From NCBI GenBank assembly GCA_963761125.1, contig CAVXFV010000007.1, forward strand, positions 146,786-210,785: a DNA stretch of 64,000 bases, written 5' to 3'. Position numbers and translations under genes: made by a program. Of this stretch, positions 29,430-38,694 are shown in pieces (within the stretch, counting starts at the first letter, position 1; each line of letters begins with the position of its first letter). This DNA is from Candidatus Latescibacterota bacterium (GTDB taxonomy: Bacteria > Krumholzibacteriota > Krumholzibacteriia > WVZY01 > JAKEHA01). The notes below the pieces were generated by a model. The model made no database searches and was not told the DNA's origin. It was given only the letters and a program-made list of their open reading frames with translations.

Positions 29430-30764
29430 TCAGCGGCCATCGACGCGAGCGGCCCCGAAGTGGACGCGCGTGGCGAGCCATTTCTCGACGTATCCGTTGT
29501 GGAATTGTGCGCTCAACGCGGCGGGGAGTTGCCGGTCCAGGACATCCGTCAGCTGGACGTCGATCGGTTCGAGGCGGCCGTCCAGCGTGATCGTCATCCA
29601 CGACGGCGCGTTGATGGTCATCCGGATTCGAAGCTCGCCGTCGGGTGTGTGCGATACCTCGAGCCCCGCGGGTTCGAGGCGCATGCAGTCCAGGGCCGTC
29701 ATCAGTTCCGGAGAAAACTGCGGCAGGATCACGCGGGCGAGACAGCCGTCGGCGGCAATCCCCGGGGCAGCCCAGTGCGTCGCGGCCGACAGGGAGTCGA
29801 TGGCCGCGCCCGACCAGTGTGTGTCGTCGAGGACCGTGATCATCGCGCCCTGGTACGCCCGCGCGTTGTTCGTGGAGAGAAAGACCACTTCGTCCTTGCC
29901 GTCGCCGTCGATGTCGCCCGCATAGACGTCGCGGATCGCACCGCAGGTGAAGTAGGCGTGCGTCTCGTCGATGCCGCCGTCCGTCGATCGCTCGTACAGC
30001 GCGAGACAGGCCGGATACCACGGATCGAAGCCCCACTTGACCACGATCTCGTGCTCGCCGTCGCCGTCGATGTCCGGCATGCGTGCGCAGTCGCAATTGG
30101 ACGGTTCGCACGACGATACCGGTCCGAAACTCCCCGTCGTCGCGATCTCGGCGGGATAGAGGCCGCGCGGGGACAGGGTGATGGTCTGGAGCAATCGCTC
30201 CGGATGACGGAGCGCACGGACGTACAGCCGCCCGGCGTCGACACCGCCCGCCCGTGTCCCGTAGATGGCCAGGTTGTCACGATGCCACGGGCCGATTACC
30301 GCGATCGACACCGGCGATGTCAGGCGATCGCGCCACGCGGGCGTCGCCGACCGGCGATCCCGCAATTCGATCTGGCGACCGTCGCATGTCACGTTGAAAA
30401 CGAGATCCGGATCGCGACGCTTCACGAGCAGGCATGCCACCAGAACGACGGCCCCGATGACGCCGATGGCCACGAGTCCGCCGTGACGTTTCCACCACGT
30501 TCTGGTGGCCGCCGGCCCCTGCGCGACCACGCCGTCGGGCGCACCGGCGAGCAGCGCCTCGGTGGATGTGCGCAGGGTCGTGGCCAGCGCGTCGAGCGTG
30601 CGGCGCGACGCGCGCGTTCGCGTGCCGACCATGAGGTCTCGCACCACGCGCACGCTGACCCCCGAGCGCCGCGCCAGCTCGATGGCGTCGAGCCCGGCTT
30701 GCGCGCACAGGCGGTTCAGGCGTTCGCGGAATTCGGGATGGGAAACGTCGACGCTGGAAGCCAC
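29430..30764 (-). CDS. XRE-HTH + TM + extracytoplasmic FG-GAP-like domain (membrane-spanning regulator B)
   Basis: HTH (ELARRSGVSVRVVRDL..TLDALA), TM GLVAIGVIGAVVLVACLLV, motifs DIDGDGEHE and DIDGDGKDE. Confidence 0.8.
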   Translation of the reverse strand: MASSVDVSHPEFRERLNRLCAQAGLDAIELARRSGVSVRVVRDLMVGTRTRASRRTLDALATTLRTSTEALLAGAPDGVVAQGPAATRTWWKRHGGLVAIGVIGAVVLVACLLVKRRDPDLVFNVTCDGRQIELRDRRSATPAWRDRLTSPVSIAVIGPWHRDNLAIYGTRAGGVDAGRLYVRALRHPERLLQTITLSPRGLYPAEIATTGSFGPVSSCEPSNCDCARMPDIDGDGEHEIVVKWGFDPWYPACLALYERSTDGGIDETHAYFTCGAIRDVYAGDIDGDGKDEVVFLSTNNARAYQGAMITVLDDTHWSGAAIDSLSAATHWAAPGIAADGCLARVILPQFSPELMTALDCMRLEPAGLEVSHTPDGELRIRMTINAPSWMTITLDGRLEPIDVQLTDVLDRQLPAALSAQFHNGYVEKWLATRVHFGAARVDGR

Positions 30765-30785
30765 GCTACCGGTCCGCCCCCATGG

Positions 30786-32633
30786 TTATCGCGGCGCGCG
30801 GTCGGGAGACGCGGCCGTCTGCAGTGGGTGGTTCTGTCCCTCGGCGATCGCGTCGGCCTGGTGGACGCCGGGCGCGGGCACGCGTCCGTCGATGCGGGGA
30901 GCGCCCGTCCGCGTGAATCGCGTCATCCACGCGGGAATCTCGCGCTCGAAGAAATCGGTGCGCACATCATCGGGCCAGCGCCGCACGTAAACGACGAACG
31001 GATCCGATGGTGCGACTTCGATGGGAGCGAGCGCGCCGTCGAGGACCACCTGAACGCTGCGGGATGCGTGCGTGAAGAACCGGATTCGCAGGTCGTCGGT
31101 GGTCGGGTCCCGAAACGAAAAGCAGTCGAACACGTGCATGCGATCCTGGTGGAGGAGGTCCATGTACTGCAAGTCGAAGGGAGGAATCTCGATCGACGCC
31201 AGCGAGGTGTCCTGCATTGCCCGTGTCGTGCCCGCGGATTCGTCGGGCGCGACTCCGCGGCAATGCGCGTCGTCGAGTTCGACCAATCGCGCGCGTCCGT
31301 CGAAGCTCGTTCCACCGACGAGGACCTCGTCCTTGCCGTCGCCGTCGAAGTCTCCGACGTGGTAACAATCGATCGTGTTGTCGAAATAGTAATTGATCAC
31401 GACCTCGCCGTTCTTCCGATAGCTGCGCAGCCGCGACGGCCCCATGCCGTTGTGATCTGCGCTCATCACCAGCAGCTCCGACTCGCCGTCTCCGTCGATG
31501 TCCATGAAGAACCGCTGTTCGAAGACGGTGGAAAGTTCGCGGTACTCGAGGGCCCGGTCGAAGCCAGACGGCCCGACCACGGCGAGCAAGTCGTTTTCGT
31601 CGCGCGGATCGGGCGCGTCGTCGAGCAATCGGGTTCCGTCGGTGAGGCGGTGAACGACCACCGCGCCCTGGTTGTCGCCCGTTGCGTTGAACGCGACCAG
31701 GAGCACGTCATCGCCGTCCCACGTGAGGTGGCGCTCCATCCGGATCCGTGAGCGATAGGACGCCGACCATGCCTTCGATCGGAAGCGCACATCGATGTGG
31801 TGTCTGTCGCCGCTCTCGGTGATGCGCGGACCGGGGTCGACAGTCGCGGACTCGCCCTGCCGGCGCGCGAGCGGAACAAAGATAGTGAGGACCACCGCCG
31901 TCGCGACGGCCGCCGCGAGCAACCACCGCCGGCTGATGTGGGATGCACCGCCATCCCTGTCTGATGGCGTCGACGGAGCCGGGAGCGTCGGGGCCCGGCG
32001 ATCGGCGGCTTCGCCGGTCAGGAGCTCGTCGGGCGCGATGTCCAGCGTCCGCGCGAGGGCCTCGATCGTGAATGCCTGGGGCCTCCCGCGCCACGCCAGC
32101 TCGATCCGCCGGATGGTCTTGACGCTGACGTCCGACTCACGCGCCAGGTCTTCCTGCGTCCATCCCCTTGTCTCGCGGGCCTTGCGCACGCGCTCGCCCC
32201 GCGCTTCCACCGGGAGCAGGGAGCCGGTGAGGATCCAGCCGAGGTACGCCCCGAGTTCACGCGCGAACGAATGCAGCACGCGTGGGCACACAGTTGTTCG
32301 CGTGCCGTCGAGCAGTGCGGTGAGCAGGGTCTCGTTGCGACACCCCCGATGGTCGATTTCCTTGCGCGCTCGTCCCGGGAGATCGGTTGTCGCCGCGCGT
32401 CTCGCGATCTCCGCGGGCGCAAGCGCGGAGCGAGCGACAAGGTGAGTCAGGCGCGCGCGCGCGTCGGCGTTGAGTTCGACGAACGGCTGTTCCAGCGGAT
32501 CGACCGGGGATCGAGAAGAGATTGGGTAGTCGCCGGCGGAGGTGTCGACGTCACGATCGTCGGCAGCGGGCGTGCACGCATCGGATGCGCGTCCATGTAA
32601 CCGGCTGCGAATTTGCGAGATTAGCCGTTTCAT
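30786..32633 (-). CDS. double XRE-HTH + TM + extracytoplasmic FG-GAP-like domain (membrane-spanning regulator A)
   Basis: Degenerate HTH followed by canonical GERVRKARETRGWTQEDLARESDVSVKTIRRIE; TM WLLAAAVATAVVLTIFVPLA; DIDGDGESE and DFDGDGKDE. Confidence 0.8.
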   Translation of the reverse strand: MKRLISQIRSRLHGRASDACTPAADDRDVDTSAGDYPISSRSPVDPLEQPFVELNADARARLTHLVARSALAPAEIARRAATTDLPGRARKEIDHRGCRNETLLTALLDGTRTTVCPRVLHSFARELGAYLGWILTGSLLPVEARGERVRKARETRGWTQEDLARESDVSVKTIRRIELAWRGRPQAFTIEALARTLDIAPDELLTGEAADRRAPTLPAPSTPSDRDGGASHISRRWLLAAAVATAVVLTIFVPLARRQGESATVDPGPRITESGDRHHIDVRFRSKAWSASYRSRIRMERHLTWDGDDVLLVAFNATGDNQGAVVVHRLTDGTRLLDDAPDPRDENDLLAVVGPSGFDRALEYRELSTVFEQRFFMDIDGDGESELLVMSADHNGMGPSRLRSYRKNGEVVINYYFDNTIDCYHVGDFDGDGKDEVLVGGTSFDGRARLVELDDAHCRGVAPDESAGTTRAMQDTSLASIEIPPFDLQYMDLLHQDRMHVFDCFSFRDPTTDDLRIRFFTHASRSVQVVLDGALAPIEVAPSDPFVVYVRRWPDDVRTDFFEREIPAWMTRFTRTGAPRIDGRVPAPGVHQADAIAEGQNHPLQTAASPDRAPR

Positions 32634-32940
32634 CGCAAAGTCCCGTCGGGTCCTCTAGCCGAGTCGTCTCCAGGAGGCGAAACTGCGACCAAAAGGACGC
32701 TCAATCTGCGGGCCGGACCCGCACTCATTGGGCGGACAAAGAAAAACGGGGACGCTCGACCCGGTTGGACCGACCTTCGTTTGGCGACGCAGGTGAATTC
32801 TATCGGTGCGCGCGTTCCCTAAAAAAACGGCTGCGTACTGTTGATATTAGCCCGATTGGCGATGATCGGCAACGCAAAAGCCGGGCGAAGAGTTCATGCA
32901 AGGGGTCGTGGGAGGGTTGGCTCGCCCCCGGGCTCTTGAG

Positions 32941-33021
32941 GGAGACGCCTTCGCATCGAAAGCGGTCGCCACGACACGGCTGCTGGCTCCGTGTTCGTTT
33001 GCGTCGCGCGTCTCCTTTTTT
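32941..33021 (+). other. structured element closed by GGAGACGC/GCGTCTCC and followed by a T-run
   Basis: 8-bp closing stem, internal ACACGG/CCGTGT stem, TTTTTT tail. Confidence 0.35.
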
Positions 33022-33201
33022 CGGTTGTGGCCGGTGTGCGCATCGTGACGTGCGGGCCGGCGACGGAACCAGACGATCGTCCGTTCTCGCGGAGCTCGCC
33101 CTTGCGGGAACGAAACGCGTCCCGTCGTCGAAACGCCCCCGCCCGCCGCGGGTGACCGCCGGCCACTTCCGCTTTCTATGCCCCGGATGTATTCTCGCGG
33201 C

Positions 33202-33978
33202 ATGTCCGCGCTCACCGCCGCCGTCAGTCCCGCCGCGCCGGCCCGTATCCGGCCGAGCGACCCGCGCGCCGTCCTGCTGGCCACCGGTGCCCTGATCGTG
33301 GCGGCGATCGTCGGTACGCGATCCTCCGCGTCCATGCTGGGCTTGCTCGCGTTCGTGTGCGCGTGGCACCTCGTCGTCACGGGTTCGATGGCGGTTACCG
33401 CGGCGAGTCTTCGCCGGACCGCCCCCTTCGCGCTCGTCATCGTCGTGCTGAACGCCATATTCGGTCCGGGCAATGCGCTGGTCTCGATCGGCGGCGTGCG
33501 GATCGTCGCGGACCGCGGGCTCGCAAACGGTGTCTTCTTCGCCCTGCGGCTGGCGTTGATGTTGATGAGCGTGTCGCTGCTGCTCGTCGCGGTGACGCCC
33601 GAATCGCTGGCGCGCGGGATCTACGACGTCGCGCGGCGCGTGTCGCGCCGCGGCGCGGAAACGATCGCGTTGTTCGTCTTTCTATCGATGGGGTTCGTTC
33701 CGTTGATCTCCGACGAGTTCCAGCGCATCCGCACCGCGCAGGCGTTTCGCGGCGCGGGCCTGTCGGGGGGCCTGTGGCATCGGATCGATTCGATGCGCAG
33801 CTGGCTCATCCCGCTCCTGATGTCGGCGATTCACCGCTCGGGTCAGCTCGCGATCGCGGTCGAACTGCGCGAGGTGCGCGAGCGTTTGCCGCGGACGGTG
33901 GAACCGCCGCGCATCCGCGGCGCCGACGTGGCGTTGCTGTTATCGACGGCCGCGGCGATCGTCGCCGTGTCGATGTGA
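33202..33978 (+). CDS. ecfT: ECF transporter transmembrane component T (CbiQ/EcfT family)
   Basis: DPR at the N-terminus, TM helices, FVPLISDEFQRIRTAQAFRG, AVELR. Confidence 0.85.
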   Translation: MSALTAAVSPAAPARIRPSDPRAVLLATGALIVAAIVGTRSSASMLGLLAFVCAWHLVVTGSMAVTAASLRRTAPFALVIVVLNAIFGPGNALVSIGGVRIVADRGLANGVFFALRLALMLMSVSLLLVAVTPESLARGIYDVARRVSRRGAETIALFVFLSMGFVPLISDEFQRIRTAQAFRGAGLSGGLWHRIDSMRSWLIPLLMSAIHRSGQLAIAVELREVRERLPRTVEPPRIRGADVALLLSTAAAIVAVSM

Positions 33979-34718
33979 TGGAGGCGGGCGTGCGCAACAT
34001 CCGCCTGTTGCTCGAGTACGACGGCACCGATTTCTCCGGCTGGCAGAAGCAGCCGAACGCGCGCACGGTGCAGGGAACGCTCGAGGACGCCGCGGCGATC
34101 ATGTTCCGCCAGCCGATTGCGGTGCGAGGATGCGCGCGAACCGACGCGGGCGTCCACGCGGTGGGCTACGTCGCGAACTTCCACGTCGAGAGCGACTACC
34201 CGACGCCGCGCATCGTGCTGGGACTCAACGGCTGCCTGCCCGACGACGTCGCGGTGATCGCGGCGGACGACGTGGCCGACGATTTCCACGCACGCTTCAG
34301 CGCGCGTTCGCGCCGCTATCTCTACCGGATCGCGACGTCGCCGACCGCCGTGGCGCGACGCGTCGCTTTTCATACCCATCACCCCCTGGATATCGCGCGC
34401 ATGGCCGCCGCCGCCGCGCACCTCCTGGGCGAGCACGACTTCACCAGCTTCACGTCGGTCAAAAACGAAGCCGAGCCGACTTGCCGGATCGTGGATCTCT
34501 CCGTCGCCCGGCGGGACCGGGAGATCCACGTCGCCGTCGAGTCCAACCGGTTCCTGTACCACATGGTCCGGATCATCGCCGGGACGCTGATGGAGGTGGG
34601 CCGCGGTCGCAAGAGCCCGGAACACATACCCGGCATTCTGGGTAAAAGAGAACGTCGGGCCGCCGGGCCGACCGCCGCCGCGCACGGGCTGACCCTTCTG
34701 TCGGCGCAATACGACTAG
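33978..34718 (+). CDS. truA: tRNA pseudouridine(38-40) synthase
   Basis: YDGTDFSGWQ.Q, RTDAGVHA, FHARFSA, FLYHMVR, AHGLTL. Confidence 0.96.
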   Translation: MEAGVRNIRLLLEYDGTDFSGWQKQPNARTVQGTLEDAAAIMFRQPIAVRGCARTDAGVHAVGYVANFHVESDYPTPRIVLGLNGCLPDDVAVIAADDVADDFHARFSARSRRYLYRIATSPTAVARRVAFHTHHPLDIARMAAAAAHLLGEHDFTSFTSVKNEAEPTCRIVDLSVARRDREIHVAVESNRFLYHMVRIIAGTLMEVGRGRKSPEHIPGILGKRERRAAGPTAAAHGLTLLSAQYD

Positions 34719-34884
34719 GACGCGTCGCCTCGTCGCGGCGAACCGGCGGCTCTTCGTAAGTTCAACAAAGAACACGCACTCGGGTGCGGTGGAGGGGTTC
34801 GGGCTGTCCTCTACGGCGACCACAATGCTATTATGGACGCGACGCCGGTCCCAAACTCCCCGACCTCGAAAGGAATCCGACCCC

Positions 34885-35556
34885 ATGAAGTTTTTTCTCG
34901 ATACCGCCAACATCGACGAGATCCGCGAAGCGGCTTCTCTGGGAATCCTGGACGGTGTGACCACCAATCCGTCGCTGATGGCAAAGGAAGACGGGAGCGA
35001 CTACGACGAGACGCTCAAGGAGATCTGTGACATCGTGCACGGCCCGGTCAGCGCCGAGGTCGTTGCCGAGGATGCCGACGAAATGATCCGGCAGGGACGC
35101 CACTTCGCCGGACTGAGCGAGCACATCGTGGTTAAGATTCCGCTGATCCCGGAGGGAATCAAGGCGGTCACGGTTCTATCGTCGGACGACATCAAGACGA
35201 ACGTGACATTGTGTTTCAGCGCCAACCAGGGACTGGTCGCCGCCAAGGCCGGGGCCACGTACATCAGTCCGTTCGTCGGACGACTCGACGACGTCGGCAT
35301 GGAAGGCATGGAAGTGGTCGCGGACCTTGTCGACATTTACGAGCGCTACGCGTATCCGACACAGGTGCTCGCCGCGAGTATCCGCCATCCGATGCACGTG
35401 CTCGAGGCCGCGCGGGTGGGCGCCGACGTGGCAACGATCCCGTACAAGATATTCATGCAGCTGTTCAAACATCCGCTGACCGACATCGGTATCGACATGT
35501 TCAATCGCGACTGGGCGAAGGTGATGGAGCGTAGAAAGGCCCATGTTCGACGGTAG
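34885..35556 (+). CDS. fsa: transaldolase / fructose-6-phosphate aldolase (short type)
   Basis: MKFFLDTAN, GVTTNPS, VVKIP, YISPFVGRLDD, HPLTDIG. Confidence 0.94.
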   Translation: MKFFLDTANIDEIREAASLGILDGVTTNPSLMAKEDGSDYDETLKEICDIVHGPVSAEVVAEDADEMIRQGRHFAGLSEHIVVKIPLIPEGIKAVTVLSSDDIKTNVTLCFSANQGLVAAKAGATYISPFVGRLDDVGMEGMEVVADLVDIYERYAYPTQVLAASIRHPMHVLEAARVGADVATIPYKIFMQLFKHPLTDIGIDMFNRDWAKVMERRKAHVRR

Positions 35557-36763
35557 TCATGTCATCCGGCCGTCCCGGACCCGGTTTTTACCGTACGTGT
35601 TCGGTACACTGACCGGCGTTTCCGTCGCGTTGCTCGTGGTGGCCGCGATCGCGCTGAACCGCCCGCACAAGGTGGTCTCGCCGGCGGAGACGACGCCCGC
35701 GTCATTCACCGGGTCGGGCGCACAGACCGGCGGTCCGCGGACCGCCGGCATGCAGGTCGACAGCGAACGCCGTAACGCGATCGTCACCGCGACCCAACAG
35801 GTCGCGCCGTCGGTGATCAGTATCACCGCGGTCTACCGCGTGCGCACGCGCCCGATCTACGACTCCTTCTGGAATATCTACTATCCGAGCCGCACCGAAA
35901 CCCGGGGCGAACAGGGCTCGGGTTTCATCATCGACAAGCGCGGCTATGCGTTCACCAACTATCACGTGATCCGCAACGCGGAGCGCATTCAGGTGACGCT
36001 TTCGGACGGCAAGCAGTACGCGGCGACGCTCGTCGGAACCGCGCCGACGTACGACCTCGCACTCCTGAAAATCGACGGCGGCGATTTCCCCGAGGCGCCG
36101 CTCGGCAACTCGGACGACCTGGTGATCGGCGAGTGGGCGATCGCGATCGGCAGTCCGTTCGGTTCGTACCTCGCCGATGTGCAACCCACCGTGACCGTGG
36201 GCGTCATCAGCGCCGTCCACCGCGACATCCGCCAGGACGAGAACAGCGAGCAGATTTTCAACGACATGATCCAGACCGACGCCGCCATCAACCCGGGGAA
36301 CAGCGGCGGGCCGCTGATCAACGCCGAGGGGCAGGTGATCGGCGTCAACACGCTGATCTTCTCGGCCGGCACGGGCGCCAACGTGGGGATGGGATTCGCA
36401 ATCCCGATCAACCGCGTGCAGCGCGTGTATCACGAAATCGCGACCTATGGCCACGTGCGTGACGTCTGGCTCGGCATGACCGCGTCCGACATCACGGCCG
36501 AAGTCCAGGCCGCGCTCGACCTGCCCACCGACAGCGGCGTGCTGGTCCAGAGCGTCGAGCAGGACGGTCCCGCCGACAAGGCGGGGCTCAAGCCGGGCGA
36601 TCAGATCATGGCCATCGACGGCACGAAGATTCAGAATCGCACGCAGGCGAATCGCGTGATCTTCGGCTCCGGCGTGGGGGACACGCTGGTGCTGCAGGTC
36701 AATCGCAAAGACAAACTCATCGAGATCAAGATCACACTCACCGAACGACCGAAGGATATCTAG
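35543..36763 (+). CDS. HtrA/DegP-like serine protease with one PDZ domain
   Basis: TM anchor; TNYHV, DLA, INPGNSGGPL; PDZ (GPADKAGLKPGD). Confidence 0.94.
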   Translation: MFDGSHVIRPSRTRFLPYVFGTLTGVSVALLVVAAIALNRPHKVVSPAETTPASFTGSGAQTGGPRTAGMQVDSERRNAIVTATQQVAPSVISITAVYRVRTRPIYDSFWNIYYPSRTETRGEQGSGFIIDKRGYAFTNYHVIRNAERIQVTLSDGKQYAATLVGTAPTYDLALLKIDGGDFPEAPLGNSDDLVIGEWAIAIGSPFGSYLADVQPTVTVGVISAVHRDIRQDENSEQIFNDMIQTDAAINPGNSGGPLINAEGQVIGVNTLIFSAGTGANVGMGFAIPINRVQRVYHEIATYGHVRDVWLGMTASDITAEVQAALDLPTDSGVLVQSVEQDGPADKAGLKPGDQIMAIDGTKIQNRTQANRVIFGSGVGDTLVLQVNRKDKLIEIKITLTERPKDI

Positions 36764-36767
36764 CTCC

Positions 36768-38060
36768 ATGATCGAACGATATACGCTGCCCGAGATGGGG
36801 CGCATCTGGTCGGAGCAGAACAAGCTCGACACGTGGCTCCGGTTCGAAATCCTCGCGTGCGAAGCGATGGCGGAAATCGGCGACGTCCCGCGCGAAGCGG
36901 TGGCGCGCATCAAGAAGGCCGCGCGTTTCGACGCCGCCCGCGTCAAGGAAATCGAAGAGACCACGCATCACGACGTGATCGCGTTTCTGACCAACGTCGC
37001 CGAGCACATCGGCAACGATTCGCGGTACGTGCACCTGGGGCTGACGTCGTCGGACCTGCTGGACACGACGCTCGCGGTGCAGATCAAGGAGTCAGGCGAA
37101 CTGCTGCTTAAGCGCATCGCGGACCTGCGCGAGGCCGTCAAGAAGCGGGCGCTCGAGCACAGGCGCACCGTGATGGTCGGGCGCACGCACGGCATCCACG
37201 CCGAACCCATCACGTTCGGGCTGAAACTCGTCGTCTGGTACGACGAACTCCGCCGTCGCGAAGCCATGCTGAAGACGGCGCTGGATGTCGTATCGGTGGG
37301 GAAGGTGTCGGGCTCGGTGGGGACCTTCGCGCACGCGACGCCGCGCGTCGAGGAGTACGTTACGAAGAAGCTCGGTCTCAAGCCCGCGCTCGCGTCGACG
37401 CAGATCGTGCAGCGCGACCGCCACGCAGAGTTCGTGTCCGCGTTGGCCGTCTGCGGCGCGTCGCTCGAGAAGATGGCGACCGAGATCCGCAATCTCCAGC
37501 GCACCGACGTGCTCGAAGTCGAAGAGCCGTTCAAGAAGGGGCAGAAGGGCAGTTCGTCGATGCCCCACAAGCGCAACCCGATCATCTGCGAGCGCGTCGC
37601 CGGTATGGCCCGTCTGTTGCGCGGATACGCCGTGGCCGCGATGGAAGACGTCGCGCTGTGGCACGAGCGCGACATTTCGCACTCGTCGGTGGAGCGGGTG
37701 ATTCTCCCCGACGCCACCATCGCGCTCGACTACATGCTGGTCAAGTTCACCGGCGTGATCAAGGACCTCGTGGTGTATCCGGATCGGATGCGCGCGAACA
37801 TGGACAAGGCGCGCGGTCTCGTGTTCTCGCAGAAGCTCCTGCTGGACCTGGCGCGCGCCGGGCTCTCCCGCGAGGATGCCTACGCGCTGGTGCAGGAGGC
37901 GGCGATGGAAACATGGGAGAGCGGCAAGCCGTTCGAAGAGACCGTGCGCGCGCGCAAGGCGATCACGTCGAAGCTCGACAAGACGACACTCGACGCCGTG
38001 TTCAACCTCGATCACTACCTGCGCGAAGTCGATACCATCTTCGACCGCGTTCTGACGTAG
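36768..38060 (+). CDS. purB: adenylosuccinate lyase
   Basis: [38 protein letters not shown]. Confidence 0.97.
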   Translation: MIERYTLPEMGRIWSEQNKLDTWLRFEILACEAMAEIGDVPREAVARIKKAARFDAARVKEIEETTHHDVIAFLTNVAEHIGNDSRYVHLGLTSSDLLDTTLAVQIKESGELLLKRIADLREAVKKRALEHRRTVMVGRTHGIHAEPITFGLKLVVWYDELRRREAMLKTALDVVSVGKVSGSVGTFAHATPRVEEYVTKKLGLKPALASTQIVQRDRHAEFVSALAVCGASLEKMATEIRNLQRTDVLEVEEPFKKGQKGSSSMPHKRNPIICERVAGMARLLRGYAVAAMEDVALWHERDISHSSVERVILPDATIALDYMLVKFTGVIKDLVVYPDRMRANMDKARGLVFSQKLLLDLARAGLSREDAYALVQEAAMETWESGKPFEETVRARKAITSKLDKTTLDAVFNLDHYLREVDTIFDRVLT

Positions 38061-38074
38061 CCCGAAGCGACGCG

Positions 38075-38533
38075 ATGTCCGCCTTCGAGGTTCGAAACCC
38101 GGATTTCCGCGCCGTTATCCACGAGAGCTTCGCCCGGCAGTTGTTCATGGCGACACTTGGCGCGCGCCTGGTGCGCGTCGAACCGGGCGAGGTCCGCATC
38201 GCCATGCCGCACGACAGGGCGTTCACGCAACAGAATGGCTTTCTCCACGCGGGTGCGGTGGCTAGCATCGCGGACTCGAGCAGCGGATACGCCGCATTCT
38301 CGCTCTGCGCACCGGACACCGACGTCCTCGCGGTCGAATTCAAGATCAACCTGCTCGCCCCCGCCAACGCGCCCTGGCTTCTCGCCTGCGGAACGGTGTT
38401 GCGCGCCGGCCGGACGCTCACGACCTGCGTCGCCGACGTCTGGGGCGTGGAGCACGAGACCGCCGACGTCCCCGACGGCGCGCGCCGCGTCGCGACGACG
38501 CTGTCGACGATCATCACGCAGCCGCGGGCCTGA
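38075..38533 (+). CDS. PaaI family thioesterase
   Basis: QQNGFLHAG..ASIAD, VEFKINLLAP. Confidence 0.9.
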   Translation: MSAFEVRNPDFRAVIHESFARQLFMATLGARLVRVEPGEVRIAMPHDRAFTQQNGFLHAGAVASIADSSSGYAAFSLCAPDTDVLAVEFKINLLAPANAPWLLACGTVLRAGRTLTTCVADVWGVEHETADVPDGARRVATTLSTIITQPRA

Positions 38534-38606
38534 CGCGCAGGATGGCGCCGATCGAGTGGGCGGATTCGGTTCGTGCGGGCACCCGCCGGGCGATTCCGGG
38601 AGATGC

Positions 38607-38635
38607 TTGCCCGCGGGGGCGCCGCCTAGTATAGT
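38607..38635 (+). promoter_or_regulatory. sigma70-type promoter for purL
   Basis: TTGCCC-N17-TATAGT, 60 nt upstream of the purL ATG. Confidence 0.6.
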
Positions 38636-38694
38636 CCGGGGGTCAGCGCCGCGGGTCGTTCGCGGCGTCCCTTTTTTCCCGGCGGATCCCTTCC

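Noticed and set aside
32670-32890. c-di-GMP-I riboswitch (GGCGAAAC, GACGC, ACGCAAAAG)
   Set aside because: Pieces are not in the required order or spacing, and no P2/P3 stems form
33100-33175. Cobalamin riboswitch upstream of ecfT (GGGAA, GCCCCCGC, GCCACT fragments)
   Set aside because: Lacks the GGTG-AA-TCC hairpin, ACTGT and the B12-box; such fragments are expected by chance at high GC
38535-38600. ZTP (pfl) riboswitch before purL
   Set aside because: Only a loose resemblance (ATGGCG, CCGCCGGGC), no GGGGAG junction, and it lies upstream of the predicted promoter
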